Below are positions 56,342 to 64,000 of a stretch of 64,000 bases of DNA, one piece after another (position 1 is the stretch's first letter; each line of letters starts with the position of its first letter). The stretch lies in the IMG/VR virus record IMGVR_UViG_3300045988_151163, positions 10,857-74,856 of that record, one strand, 5' to 3'. The translations under genes and the position numbers were made by a program. Source of the DNA: a virus. The notes beneath the pieces were generated by a model, which saw only the letters and a program-made list of their open reading frames with translations, was not told where the DNA came from and did not search any database.

Positions 56342-56401
56342 TTGACAAAGCACATAAAATGTGGTATAATGTCGCGGCGTTGACCACCGGGCAACGCCGA
56401 G
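56342..56401 (+). repeat. half unit U6: plus promoter 56342..56370 + GC hairpin 56371..56401, no partner minus promoter
   Basis: TTGACA-17-TGGTATAAT; GTCGCGGCGTTG..CAACGCCGAG. Confidence 0.5.
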
Positions 56402-56611
56402 TTCCCACGACCAGACCCTATATGGCTTTTTTTCCTGGTTGTTTGAAATCTGAAAACCGCCATACGGTTCCCGAAATTAGATGTTTGACTTACTTTTGTT
56501 GTGAATTTGCTCGTTTTCTATCTGAAACGTAAAAATATCCGTCAGAATAAAAAATGGCTTACTGTATCGAATTACAGTGATTCTATTGATAAATGCCTCA
56601 GCGCATCTCTC

Positions 56612-56672
56612 TTGACATTTTTTCGTATTTTTGATATAATTATATAGGGGAAGTAAATTAGCTTCGTTTTTT
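56612..56672 (+). ncRNA. promoter (56612..56640) immediately followed by a hairpin+T-run terminator (56650..56672): predicted about 25-nt transcript
   Basis: TTGACA-17-TATAAT then GAAG-TAAATTAG-CTTC-GTTTTTT. Confidence 0.4.
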
Positions 56673-56769
56673 CTTATTCTCATATAAAAACGAACAAATA
56701 CTCGCAACAATAGAAAAAACATAGTTACAGCTAATTACAGTTTTACTACTGGTATATGCTTTCGTGCCT

Positions 56770-56798
56770 TTGACACTTCTGAAAAATTATTATATAAT
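56770..56798 (+). promoter_or_regulatory. early promoter (gene 56839)
   Basis: TTGACA-17-TATAAT. Confidence 0.55.
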
Positions 56799-56838
56799 AT
56801 ATATAGAAAATGAAATAGAAAGAAGAGGTTATAAGACT

Positions 56839-57207
56839 ATGGGTAAAACAATAGCAGAGCTTATTGCAGAAGGCAAGTCAGTTGAAGAGATTAGCAAGAT
56901 GGCGCAGGCGGAAGCCGATGCAGTTGCCGCAGCCAAGGATAAGAGAAAGATTGATACTGAAGAAGTGAATGCCGTAAGAGAATATCTGATTGCTGATGTG
57001 TTGGATTATATGGAAGCTATTACTGGAATTGATATTTCAGATGAAGACGCAGCTGAGATTACGAAGGACCTGACTGATAAGATGAAGGTTATCGAGCTTT
57101 TCATTCAGGCAATGGATTTGACTGAGAGCAAGCCTAAGCCTAAGGTAAAGAAGGAGCCGGAGTCAGATTCTATGGCGGATTTGTTTAATCTTTTCAGACT
57201 CTTTTAG
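56839..57207 (+). CDS. hypothetical acidic protein (122 aa)
   Basis: promoter 56770..56798; strong terminator 57220..57256. Confidence 0.5.
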   Translation: MGKTIAELIAEGKSVEEISKMAQAEADAVAAAKDKRKIDTEEVNAVREYLIADVLDYMEAITGIDISDEDAAEITKDLTDKMKVIELFIQAMDLTESKPKPKVKKEPESDSMADLFNLFRLF

Positions 57208-57219
57208 TCTAAAGTAATT

Positions 57220-57256
57220 AGTCCCTGTACACATTACATGTACAGGGACTTTTTGC
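57220..57256 (+). terminator. strong intrinsic terminator ending the plus-strand early region (12-bp stem AGTCCCTGTACA + T5)
   Basis: perfect stem + T-run. Confidence 0.65.
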
Positions 57257-57349
57257 GCGGGTTCTCGTCTAGGGATCTCTTTAATGAAGAATAAAAAGAC
57301 TAAAACGATAACGGTGACGGGAACATGGTCCAGGGTATGCGCGGCCAGA

Positions 57350-57480
57350 CAAAAACATTATCCAGAGACAAAAACACTATCTAGCACTATCTAGCACTAT
57401 TCAAAAATAAAAACTCTATTTAACACTATTCAAAATATTATCCAGAGACAAAATGCTATCCAACACTATTCAAAGATAAA
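57350..57480. repeat. iteron-like direct-repeat cluster (2x ATTATCCAGAGACAAAA, 2x CACTATCTAG, 3x AACACTATTCAAA)
   Basis: read directly; sits in convergent intergenic gap between plus early region and minus module. Confidence 0.6.
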
Positions 57481-57495
57481 ACACTGTCTAATGCT

Positions 57496-57813
57496 CTATT
57501 TATTACCAGACTTAGCATATTCATTCCAACTCCAATTCCTTACCTGCTCTCTAAACACCCTATCAGCTTCATTACTAACACCTTCATATTTCGCTGTAAC
57601 AATAGCCCTATCAACACTTGCACCATACTTTATACAAAAACTATATAAATCCTCATCCCTAACAATCTCACCATTCCTATCTCTAATCCCTATACCATTA
57701 TTCTTTAACCAATAAAAAACAGCTAAACCCGCCGGCACATCGCCATCATATGCCTTCCTCAACTGCATCTTTATACCATCAATATCCTTAGCAACAATCT
57801 CTGTATTAAACAT
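57496..57813 (-). CDS. hypothetical protein (105 aa)
   Basis: ORF with GAGGAGAAATAG SD; higher GC than surroundings. Confidence 0.45.
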   Translation of the reverse strand: MFNTEIVAKDIDGIKMQLRKAYDGDVPAGLAVFYWLKNNGIGIRDRNGEIVRDEDLYSFCIKYGASVDRAIVTAKYEGVSNEADRVFREQVRNWSWNEYAKSGNK

Positions 57814-57972
57814 AACTATTTCTCCTCTCTAATATAAAACAATAGTAAAAGGGAGCTCGAGGCAGAGCCTCGAATTTTCAGATCATTTTTCAAAACTAAT
57901 GTCTGTATACGCGGCATTGCCCCAGACCCCTTTTAACCCAGCCCTAAAATCTTCCACCGAACCGCCGCGGTC

Positions 57973-58638
57973 TCATAATGCTACCCGCACATCATCAATA
58001 TCTAATATATAAATATTATATGGATTATATATTAACTTAGGTCTCACACAAGCAATTATAAAATCCATATTATTGTACCCCTCTTCAATATATACTTCTC
58101 CAAACCTATACCCTCTAATATTCTCATTACCTAATTGAAAAATTTTTATAAAAGATCCATCTGTTGTTACAATAACATCTTCTGAATAATATTCTACATC
58201 TAAGTTACTAACTAACTCTTCTCTCACTATATCCATATTTTCTTTACTAATACATCCTATACCAATATTCCTGCTTAATAAACTATCTCTAAAATAATAT
58301 TCAGGCATCAATATACTTTTCTTTAACTTATCATCATTACTATAATCTAACTTATAAACAGCTTTTTGTGCAACAGGATATTTTTTATTACTACGCTTAA
58401 TCATTCTAAGCTGTTTTCTATTCTCACACCCAACTTCAACAAAACTAGCATCAAAGAGTCCATCCATACAATTAAACCCAACATCTAAAAAGAACCAACA
58501 ATCATTATTCTTAAATACTATCATAGTATTGCTTTTTGCATCAACGACATCTTTATCTAACAAATCATATACCCTATTACACACATCTTTTACATCATCT
58601 TTGTTACACCAAAAGGCATAATTCTTTCCAATATCCAT
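57973..58638 (-). CDS. hypothetical protein (221 aa), paralog of 58642..58989
   Basis: N-terminal about 100 aa shared (NYAFWC...DVC.RVYD.L...V.A.KSNTMIVF...DCW.FLD...DASFVE.G). Confidence 0.45.
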   Translation of the reverse strand: MDIGKNYAFWCNKDDVKDVCNRVYDLLDKDVVDAKSNTMIVFKNNDCWFFLDVGFNCMDGLFDASFVEVGCENRKQLRMIKRSNKKYPVAQKAVYKLDYSNDDKLKKSILMPEYYFRDSLLSRNIGIGCISKENMDIVREELVSNLDVEYYSEDVIVTTDGSFIKIFQLGNENIRGYRFGEVYIEEGYNNMDFIIACVRPKLIYNPYNIYILDIDDVRVAL

Positions 58639-58641
58639 CTA

Positions 58642-58989
58642 TTATTCATTCTCCTCCATAACATACTTTTGTGGATTATAAATAGTGCTTCTTTCAATAT
58701 TATCCAAATCTAATATATAAATATCTTCAGGGTCTTTATTAGTATTCTTAATCATTTCAATCTTCTCTTTATCTTTATACCCTGCTTCAACAAAACTAGC
58801 ATCAAAAAAGTTTTTTATACGCAGTAGACTATCCATGTTTAAATCTAAAAAAGACCAACAATCACCATAAGTAAAAACTATCATAGTATTAGTTTTTAAA
58901 GCAATAACATTTTTTCTCAGTGCATCATATACTTTATTGCACATATCTTCTGCACTAATTCCATCACACCAAAAACCATAATTATCCAT
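58642..58989 (-). CDS. hypothetical protein (115 aa), short paralog
   Basis: as above; AAAGGAGAGAAAAG SD. Confidence 0.45.
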   Translation of the reverse strand: MDNYGFWCDGISAEDMCNKVYDALRKNVIALKTNTMIVFTYGDCWSFLDLNMDSLLRIKNFFDASFVEAGYKDKEKIEMIKNTNKDPEDIYILDLDNIERSTIYNPQKYVMEENE

Positions 58990-59185
58990 TCTTTTCTCTC
59001 CTTTTAATTATAAATATAGGGACAAGGTTTTAATCTCTTTACACCGGCCCCTCTTTCAACATTACATCACTACGCCGCGCCTAAAGGTATAAATAATCTT
59101 GGAGTAGTGAGCGAAGCGAACTACGTAAAGATTATTTATACCGTCTATTTATTTATTTAGTATTTATTCTCTATTTATATATTAG

Positions 59186-59341
59186 AGTGCCGATTAAGCA
59201 CTTTTCCTTAGAAAAAAGTGCCAATTAAGCACTTTCTGCTCATTAAAAAGTGCTTATTAAGCACTTTTTCTTGTATATAAAAGTGCCGATTAAGCACTTT
59301 TTAATAGACTCCTTGTATCTAAAAAGTGCCATTTTAGCACT
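59186..59341. promoter_or_regulatory. array of five evenly spaced (31-43 bp) palindromes AAAAGTGCC-N7-GCACTTTT (59186, 59217, 59249, 59282, 59325): operator/centromere-like
   Basis: five near-identical inverted repeats between minus-strand operons. Confidence 0.6.
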
Positions 59342-59346
59342 TTTAT

Positions 59347-59634
59347 TTAACCGTCCGCGTAGAACACATCATCCCTAATAAAATTTGCTGCAACTAATTC
59401 TTGGTATCCAATAGTTGAAACCTTCTTAGCTTTATCTAAAGTTATCCCCAGTTCATTACTGATAGCCTGCGGGCTTATCTTCCACTTAGTACCATTCTTA
59501 AATTTACACAAATATAACCACAATAATAATCCATTATTATTAAGACTAGCTGCTGCCTTCAAACCTTTATTTGAAATTTGAAAAAATTCTCCCGGCTCAT
59601 ACTTAACTGGTCTATCTGTGGTTACAGCTTTCAT
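59347..59634 (-). CDS. HTH/winged-helix DNA-binding protein (95 aa)
   Basis: ISPQAISNELGITLDKAKKV helix-turn-helix-like; flanks operator array 59186..59341. Confidence 0.4.
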   Translation of the reverse strand: MKAVTTDRPVKYEPGEFFQISNKGLKAAASLNNNGLLLWLYLCKFKNGTKWKISPQAISNELGITLDKAKKVSTIGYQELVAANFIRDDVFYADG

Positions 59635-59635
59635 T

Positions 59636-59818
59636 TTAATTACCCCCTAATATTTTATCAAGAGCTTTATTAAAATTATCTGTAACTTCATATATCCAGC
59701 ACTTCAATCCAGATCTATATATATTATCTTTCTCTAATAGAGGCTCAAAACCCATATCCCTTAAAAGCATCCTTACTCTTAAAGAATAAATAGTTTTATA
59801 TTTGGTTCTTATTGGCAC
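59636..59818 (-). CDS. hypothetical 60-aa basic protein
   Basis: ORF, overlaps neighbour start/stop. Confidence 0.35.
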   Translation of the reverse strand: MPIRTKYKTIYSLRVRMLLRDMGFEPLLEKDNIYRSGLKCWIYEVTDNFNKALDKILGGN

Positions 59819-59823
59819 TTAAA

Positions 59824-59988
59824 TCACTCCTTGTTTACATATTCAATAGTATAATCTGCATTTTGCCCTCTGCCAACCTTAGTCAATTTAATACCTTGCT
59901 TTTCTAAAGTTCTAACAGTGCGCGGAAACGCCTCTCGTAGAGTCGACTCACTCAGCCTTAATCGCTGACATGTTTCTTGAAGATTCAA
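59824..59988 (-). CDS. small HTH regulator (54 aa, Xre/excisionase-like), TTG start
   Basis: not in ORF track; GAAAGGAGG SD 8 nt before TTG; LRLSESTLREAFPRTVRTLEKQGI is a classic HTH. Confidence 0.4.
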   Translation of the reverse strand: MNLQETCQRLRLSESTLREAFPRTVRTLEKQGIKLTKVGRGQNADYTIEYVNKE

Positions 59989-60105
59989 TTCCGTAATCCT
60001 CCTTTCTCTTTTATTATACTATATTTGTAAACAATTACAAACAAATTATCGGCTTTTGCCCAACACATAGTTTAGAATTTTGTCCAAATTCTATAAATAA
60101 TGAAA

Positions 60106-60309
60106 TCATGTATTCTTATTATCGCGCGAGCCACGCTTTGTGGTATCTTCATGTTCAACTCTCCTTACTACTCTTATTCCCATTGCTGTCAACATTTTAT
60201 TTGGATTCTTGCGGATCGCCGTGACAATCAATTCAACTCCCGCGCGGAATCCAAAATACAAACTAACAATAGCTATCGCTATATAAATCAAAATAATAAC
60301 CCAACTCAT
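60106..60309 (-). CDS. small membrane protein (67 aa)
   Basis: hydrophobic N-terminus VIILIYIAIAIVSLYFGF. Confidence 0.4.
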   Translation of the reverse strand: MSWVIILIYIAIAIVSLYFGFRAGVELIVTAIRKNPNKMLTAMGIRVVRRVEHEDTTKRGSRDNKNT

Positions 60310-60635
60310 CGTGTCTCAAACTCTCTCCCTGTAGCAGCCTCTAAGTCAAACTCCCGCCACTCACTTAATCTACTACTGCTTTTCTCTTGTTTAAATAGGT
60401 TTTTTATTTTTTCTGTTAAAATATAATAATCACCAGATACCTTTTTTAACCGTTCAGACAAGTCACTTATTGCTGTATCATATTTGTCTATTGTTATATT
60501 GCCTCTATCCAGTGCTAAATCGCCAAACTTAATATTCGATATTCGATTAGTAGTAATACCGGTTGAGGTCAAATCACAGCTACAATAGCTGATCCCACCC
60601 ATCTCTTCATCATTACATCTATTAAAATAATCCAT
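60306..60635 (-). CDS. hypothetical protein (109 aa)
   Basis: ORF with GCGGAGGGAG SD; driven by minus promoter 60736..60764. Confidence 0.45.
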   Translation of the reverse strand: MDYFNRCNDEEMGGISYCSCDLTSTGITTNRISNIKFGDLALDRGNITIDKYDTAISDLSERLKKVSGDYYILTEKIKNLFKQEKSSSRLSEWREFDLEAATGREFETR

Positions 60636-60735
60636 TTAATCTCCCTCCGCAATCCGAAAAGATTCGATCCGTCATGTCCTTCTTCAAACCTTTTATTAAC
60701 TGCTTTTGTTTTATTTTTATTTATTTTCTAATAAT

Positions 60736-60764
60736 ATTATAACAAACTTATTTTTGTTTGTCAA
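60736..60764 (-). promoter_or_regulatory. minus-strand promoter for 60635..59347 operon, divergent from plus promoter 60791..60819
   Basis: rc TTGACA-17-TATAAT; plus: TTGAAA-17-TGATATAAT. Confidence 0.5.
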
Positions 60765-60851
60765 GTTACGGCCGCCCAAGCAATATCAATTTGAAAAACT
60801 TTAATATTTTTGATATAATAAATATAGAAAATAAAGAAAGAGGGTATAAAT

Positions 60852-61076
60852 ATGGTAATTGAAAAACTTATTTTTCCAAAATGTGTTAGTTTTTCAGAAC
60901 TTGAAACCGGAAGATGTTTTATGCTAAGTTGCAATGCAGATGCTTCTGTTTTTTTAAAAGTTAATAGTAACAATAGTCGTAAAAATGCTGTAAATTTAAC
61001 TACTAATATGCTAATCGAAATTAGCTCTAATGCGGCAGTATTTCCAATAAAAGCAACATTGTCAATTTCAGTATAA
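60852..61076 (+). CDS. hypothetical 74-aa protein (member of tandem paralog set)
   Basis: promoter 60791..60819; SD AAGAGGGT. Confidence 0.45.
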   Translation: MVIEKLIFPKCVSFSELETGRCFMLSCNADASVFLKVNSNNSRKNAVNLTTNMLIEISSNAAVFPIKATLSISV

Positions 61077-61095
61077 AAATTAGAGGAGAAATAAA

Positions 61096-61389
61096 ATGCA
61101 AATCGTAAATAAAAAAGAAAAGGAAAAAATTCCTTTTTCAAAAATTAAAATAGGAGAATGTTTTGAATATTGTGATCCAATTACTAAATGGAAAGATTTT
61201 TATATGCGTATAAATCCTCATGAAGTTATAGTAGATGACATGATAGCTGACAATGTAAAATATTATATAAACAACAAATCTTGCATAGAGGGTAATGCAG
61301 TATCATTCTATGATAAAAATATTCAACATTTTTCAGATAATACTATGGTAATGCCACTTAAAACACAATTAGTTATAATGGAGGGATAA
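61096..61389 (+). CDS. hypothetical 97-aa protein (paralog set)
   Basis: shared pattern PFSKIKIGECF / PFKSVNIGDIF. Confidence 0.45.
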   Translation: MQIVNKKEKEKIPFSKIKIGECFEYCDPITKWKDFYMRINPHEVIVDDMIADNVKYYINNKSCIEGNAVSFYDKNIQHFSDNTMVMPLKTQLVIMEG

Positions 61390-61391
61390 TA

Positions 61392-61655
61392 ATGTTAAAA
61401 ATAAAAATGCCAACTAATAAAGCATACCCTTTTAAATCTGTTAATATAGGAGATATATTTTCATATAACAATGATTGTTATATGAAAATTGAAACTGCAA
61501 CTGCAGATTACGCGAGAGGTAGTTACTCTATTCAAGTTAATGCAGTTAATCTTAAAAATGGACAATTAGCCCGTTTTTTATCAGATAATCAAATTTACTT
61601 CTTGGATGCAGAAATGACTGTAACCAGAAGAGATATGTCGCCCTATGAAAAATAA
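61392..61655 (+). CDS. hypothetical 87-aa protein (paralog set)
   Basis: as above. Confidence 0.45.
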   Translation: MLKIKMPTNKAYPFKSVNIGDIFSYNNDCYMKIETATADYARGSYSIQVNAVNLKNGQLARFLSDNQIYFLDAEMTVTRRDMSPYEK

Positions 61656-61670
61656 GAAAGGAGATAATCT

Positions 61671-61850
61671 ATGGTTTTTCGTGATTTGCGGCTTGCAGAT
61701 TTTTTTATTTGTGGCGGCGTCCCCTTTATAAAGATACCTATGTACTGGGATGACGCGACACCATATAATTGCATAAATATAGAAACAAGAGAACCAGATT
61801 ATGTACATCCATTGTCACAGATAATTAGAAAGGAAGGGTCTTATGAATAG
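61671..61850 (+). CDS. hypothetical 59-aa protein
   Basis: SD AAGGAG. Confidence 0.4.
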   Translation: MVFRDLRLADFFICGGVPFIKIPMYWDDATPYNCINIETREPDYVHPLSQIIRKEGSYE

Positions 61851-62004
61851 ACAAGCTATTAGAAAAGAAGCTTATGCGAGGGGAGCAAAAGATTTAGTAT
61901 ACATACTTTGGGACGAATATTTAAACTTAAAAGATATGACTATTAACATACCATTAGAAAAATTAGAAAGAATTATTGATGAAAGGTTTGATGTAGATGA
62001 ATGA
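61843..62004 (+). CDS. hypothetical 53-aa protein
   Basis: SD AGGAAGGG; overlaps neighbours. Confidence 0.35.
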   Translation: MNRQAIRKEAYARGAKDLVYILWDEYLNLKDMTINIPLEKLERIIDERFDVDE

Positions 62005-62146
62005 TCTAGCTGTAAAGTTCACAAAGCAAAACCGCGGCAAGGGTAAAGTAGTCAAAATTACTTCCTATTGTTTTTGGTGGGAAACTTTGCCAGATAAGAA
62101 TGGTAATACAAAAACAACTGTATATATGAAAAGTTATTTTATGTAA
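61997..62146 (+). CDS. hypothetical 49-aa protein
   Basis: ATGAATGA overlap coupling. Confidence 0.3.
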   Translation: MNDLAVKFTKQNRGKGKVVKITSYCFWWETLPDKNGNTKTTVYMKSYFM

Positions 62147-62162
62147 GAAAGAGGTGAGTTAT

Positions 62163-62885
62163 ATGACAATATATGCTTTACATGGAATTTATTCTATCAT
62201 TATGTTTTTTGCTTCATCGTTTATAGTAATATCTTTATTAGGAGAAAATAAACTTAGCCTTTTAAAAAAAATATATAAAAAAGATAAATCAGCGGACACT
62301 ATTGAATCAACCCTTTTAATTATTTGTTTTTTGACTCTCTGTGCTTGGCTTCTTTCTGCATTTCCTTATATGAATAGAAGCGATTTTAGTGAAGAATATG
62401 GGTATGGTGGGTACTCCTCTAAAGAAACATATGAAAAAGAAGTTAAAAAATACAATAAAAATTATAATGCTAATATTGAAACACATGATGATTTTGTTAA
62501 TTTTGTTGAATTACAATGGAAATTTGGTAATTACGTGAGAAATATCGGCTATTTAATAATTATTGTATTCTATTTAATTATGGTTTTGATAGAGTTTGAT
62601 ATGAATAAACTAGAGAGAAAATTGGAAAAGATTAGAGAAAGTATCTGGGAATTGTCAGATATACCTAATCCAGATGATCAAACAAAGCAGTTACTCGATT
62701 TACTATCTAAGACCAAGAAGAAACTTGAAAAACAGATTCAATTAAAGTCAGTGTCTAAAAGTATCAAAATGTTAAAACAGATTCAAGCAGATGAATCTAC
62801 AGTCGATATAACAAGAGAGATAGATGAGTTAACTGCTTTATATCAACTTAATGAAACAGATTTATTAAAGGAGAAATATCAATAA
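62163..62885 (+). CDS. multi-pass membrane protein with C-terminal coiled coil (240 aa)
   Basis: SD AAGAAAGAGGTGAG; hydrophobic segments. Confidence 0.5.
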   Translation: MTIYALHGIYSIIMFFASSFIVISLLGENKLSLLKKIYKKDKSADTIESTLLIICFLTLCAWLLSAFPYMNRSDFSEEYGYGGYSSKETYEKEVKKYNKNYNANIETHDDFVNFVELQWKFGNYVRNIGYLIIIVFYLIMVLIEFDMNKLERKLEKIRESIWELSDIPNPDDQTKQLLDLLSKTKKKLEKQIQLKSVSKSIKMLKQIQADESTVDITREIDELTALYQLNETDLLKEKYQ

Positions 62886-63235
62886 TGGAAGTTTTATACA
62901 CTACACAAATAACCTATGTACATGCATCTATGTTTTTATTTATTGTACTTGCCTTTTGTTTTATAGTTACTTTTATTTTTAGTTTAATTGAATATTGTTC
63001 TTTTAGCGCTGTTCAGTTAATTACAGGTATACTCGCGGCAGCCTCAATTGCTGGCATCATTATAATTGGCTGCAATAGTATCAAAGTGACGGCAACCGCG
63101 GTTAATGCAAACACAATAGAAGCAAATTATCTACAAAATAATCATATATTATCACAAGAAGGAAATGTTTTAAAAACAATTTCAGAAGAAGATTATCAAA
63201 AAACAAAGAACTATATAAGCTCAACAGGTGAATAA
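62885..63235 (+). CDS. membrane protein (116 aa)
   Basis: two hydrophobic helices. Confidence 0.45.
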   Translation: MEVLYTTQITYVHASMFLFIVLAFCFIVTFIFSLIEYCSFSAVQLITGILAAASIAGIIIIGCNSIKVTATAVNANTIEANYLQNNHILSQEGNVLKTISEEDYQKTKNYISSTGE

Positions 63236-63307
63236 ATATCACCTGTTGTTTTTTTATAATTTTTTTGATATAATAATTATAGAAAACATGAAAGGAAGTG
63301 CAATATT

Positions 63308-63559
63308 ATGAATATTATGGATAAGAAGTTTAATATTACAGATAAAAAAAATCAAAATGATGAGTTACTGCAACCCGCAATAGATTTTGCTACTATTCTT
63401 CAATCAGAGGCTTTTAGACAGATTCGGAATAAAATTCATCGTTGGGATGCTTCAGAAAATAACGATGAAATCGCTGGTTATGTTAAAGGAATTTGTGATA
63501 TGGAGGCTGAAGCCTATAAGATTTTATTGAAAGGAGAACATCAAAATGGGAATATTTAA
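63308..63559 (+). CDS. hypothetical 83-aa protein
   Basis: SD AAAGGAAG. Confidence 0.45.
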   Translation: MNIMDKKFNITDKKNQNDELLQPAIDFATILQSEAFRQIRNKIHRWDASENNDEIAGYVKGICDMEAEAYKILLKGEHQNGNI

Positions 63560-63707
63560 GTGCAAACATAAAGAATACCGTGTTATTGCATGTGATCCAA
63601 AGGATAAGCACTATACAGTAAAGTGCGTTAAGTGCGGCGCTCAGTGGCAGGAGCCTAAAGCAGTTGGAGAAGAGTATGACATGATGCGAATTTATAAGAG
63701 AGAATAG
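63546..63707 (+). CDS. small Zn-ribbon protein (53 aa)
   Basis: CKHKEYRVIAC...CVKCG. Confidence 0.35.
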   Translation: MGIFKCKHKEYRVIACDPKDKHYTVKCVKCGAQWQEPKAVGEEYDMMRIYKRE

Positions 63708-63710
63708 CCT

Positions 63711-63908
63711 ATGAAGCTTGGAAAATTTATTAAGAATTTTTACTTTGATGAAAAAGTTGTTATAAAAGAAGATGAAGAAATTCTTTTTGAAGGTAGAGTA
63801 TGGGATACTCCATATTGGCTTTCTAATTTTAAACTTGATAATGATGATGATTGTGAAGCCTGTATGCTTGAAAATGGTAAAATCACTATCTATGTAAAGG
63901 AGGAGTAA
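63711..63908 (+). CDS. hypothetical 65-aa protein
   Basis: ORF. Confidence 0.4.
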   Translation: MKLGKFIKNFYFDEKVVIKEDEEILFEGRVWDTPYWLSNFKLDNDDDCEACMLENGKITIYVKEE

Positions 63909-63912
63909 AAAA

Positions 63913-64000
63913 ATGGCAAAGGATAGGGAAAGAGTATGTTCATATTATGTATGCGAAGGACAGTGTCTTAAAGGCAGAGAAGGTACGTTTAATAAAGCCT
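63913..64000 (+). CDS. Cys-rich protein, N-terminal fragment (continues past window end)
   Basis: SD AAGGAGGAG; MAKDRERVCSYYVCEGQCLKG. Confidence 0.35.
   Translation, partial: MAKDRERVCSYYVCEGQCLKGREGTFNKA

Noticed and set aside
48985-56401. GC-rich hairpins considered as a CRISPR array or as solitary CRISPR-repeat mimics (RNA anti-CRISPR)
   Set aside because: The five hairpins all differ in sequence. There are no regularly spaced identical repeats or spacers and no cas genes. GC-rich palindromes do not resemble the AT-rich repeats typical of Clostridial CRISPR systems, so a mimic role cannot be supported from sequence alone.
56477-56722. Minus-strand 81-aa ORF in the 56.4-56.8 kb spacer
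   Set aside because: No RBS or promoter. It overlaps two plus-strand consensus promoters and their short transcripts.
1-64000. Integrase, recombinase or attachment site, as evidence of a prophage boundary
   Set aside because: No ORF with tyrosine or serine recombinase motifs was seen, and no flanking bacterial housekeeping genes. It cannot be determined from this window whether the element is integrated.

Overview
This 64 kb window is AT-rich (about 28-30% GC) and looks like a large tailed phage or prophage of a low-GC Firmicute (Clostridia-like RBS GGAAAGAGGT). It falls into three parts. (1) Positions 1-42424, all on the minus strand: a structural/packaging module. It holds a Zn-ribbon protein, large terminase, a Vsr/DUF559-like endonuclease inserted before the portal, portal, scaffold, major capsid and connector proteins, a major tail protein, a 2886-aa tape measure protein, a 2368-aa giant tail protein, baseplate/fiber proteins including an HAEG-repeat fibre, and a tandem cassette of at least four paralogous tail fibre/receptor-binding genes. 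(2) Positions 42.5-57.3 kb, plus strand: an early/host-takeover-like region of about 40 small ORFs. Almost every gene has its own perfect sigma-A promoter (TTGACA-17-TRTGnTATAAT) and an intrinsic terminator. The region also contains a Thg1-like 3'-5' polymerase, a small P-loop protein, a DEDDh exonuclease, a HAD phosphatase, tRNA-Trp and an aberrant tRNA with a 71-nt insertion. Interspersed are a previously undescribed repeat architecture (convergent consensus promoters firing into about 30-nt GC-rich hairpins, bracketed by bidirectional terminators), several promoter-driven non-coding units, a DnaA-box cluster, and a palindromic 14-mer element family. (3) Positions 57.3-64 kb: an iteron-like direct-repeat cluster, a minus-strand module of paralogous small genes controlled by an array of five evenly spaced palindromic operators next to HTH proteins, and then a plus-strand operon of small and membrane proteins. 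No integrase, CRISPR array or rRNA was found. All functional calls are by motif or eye from the sequence; no database searches were run.
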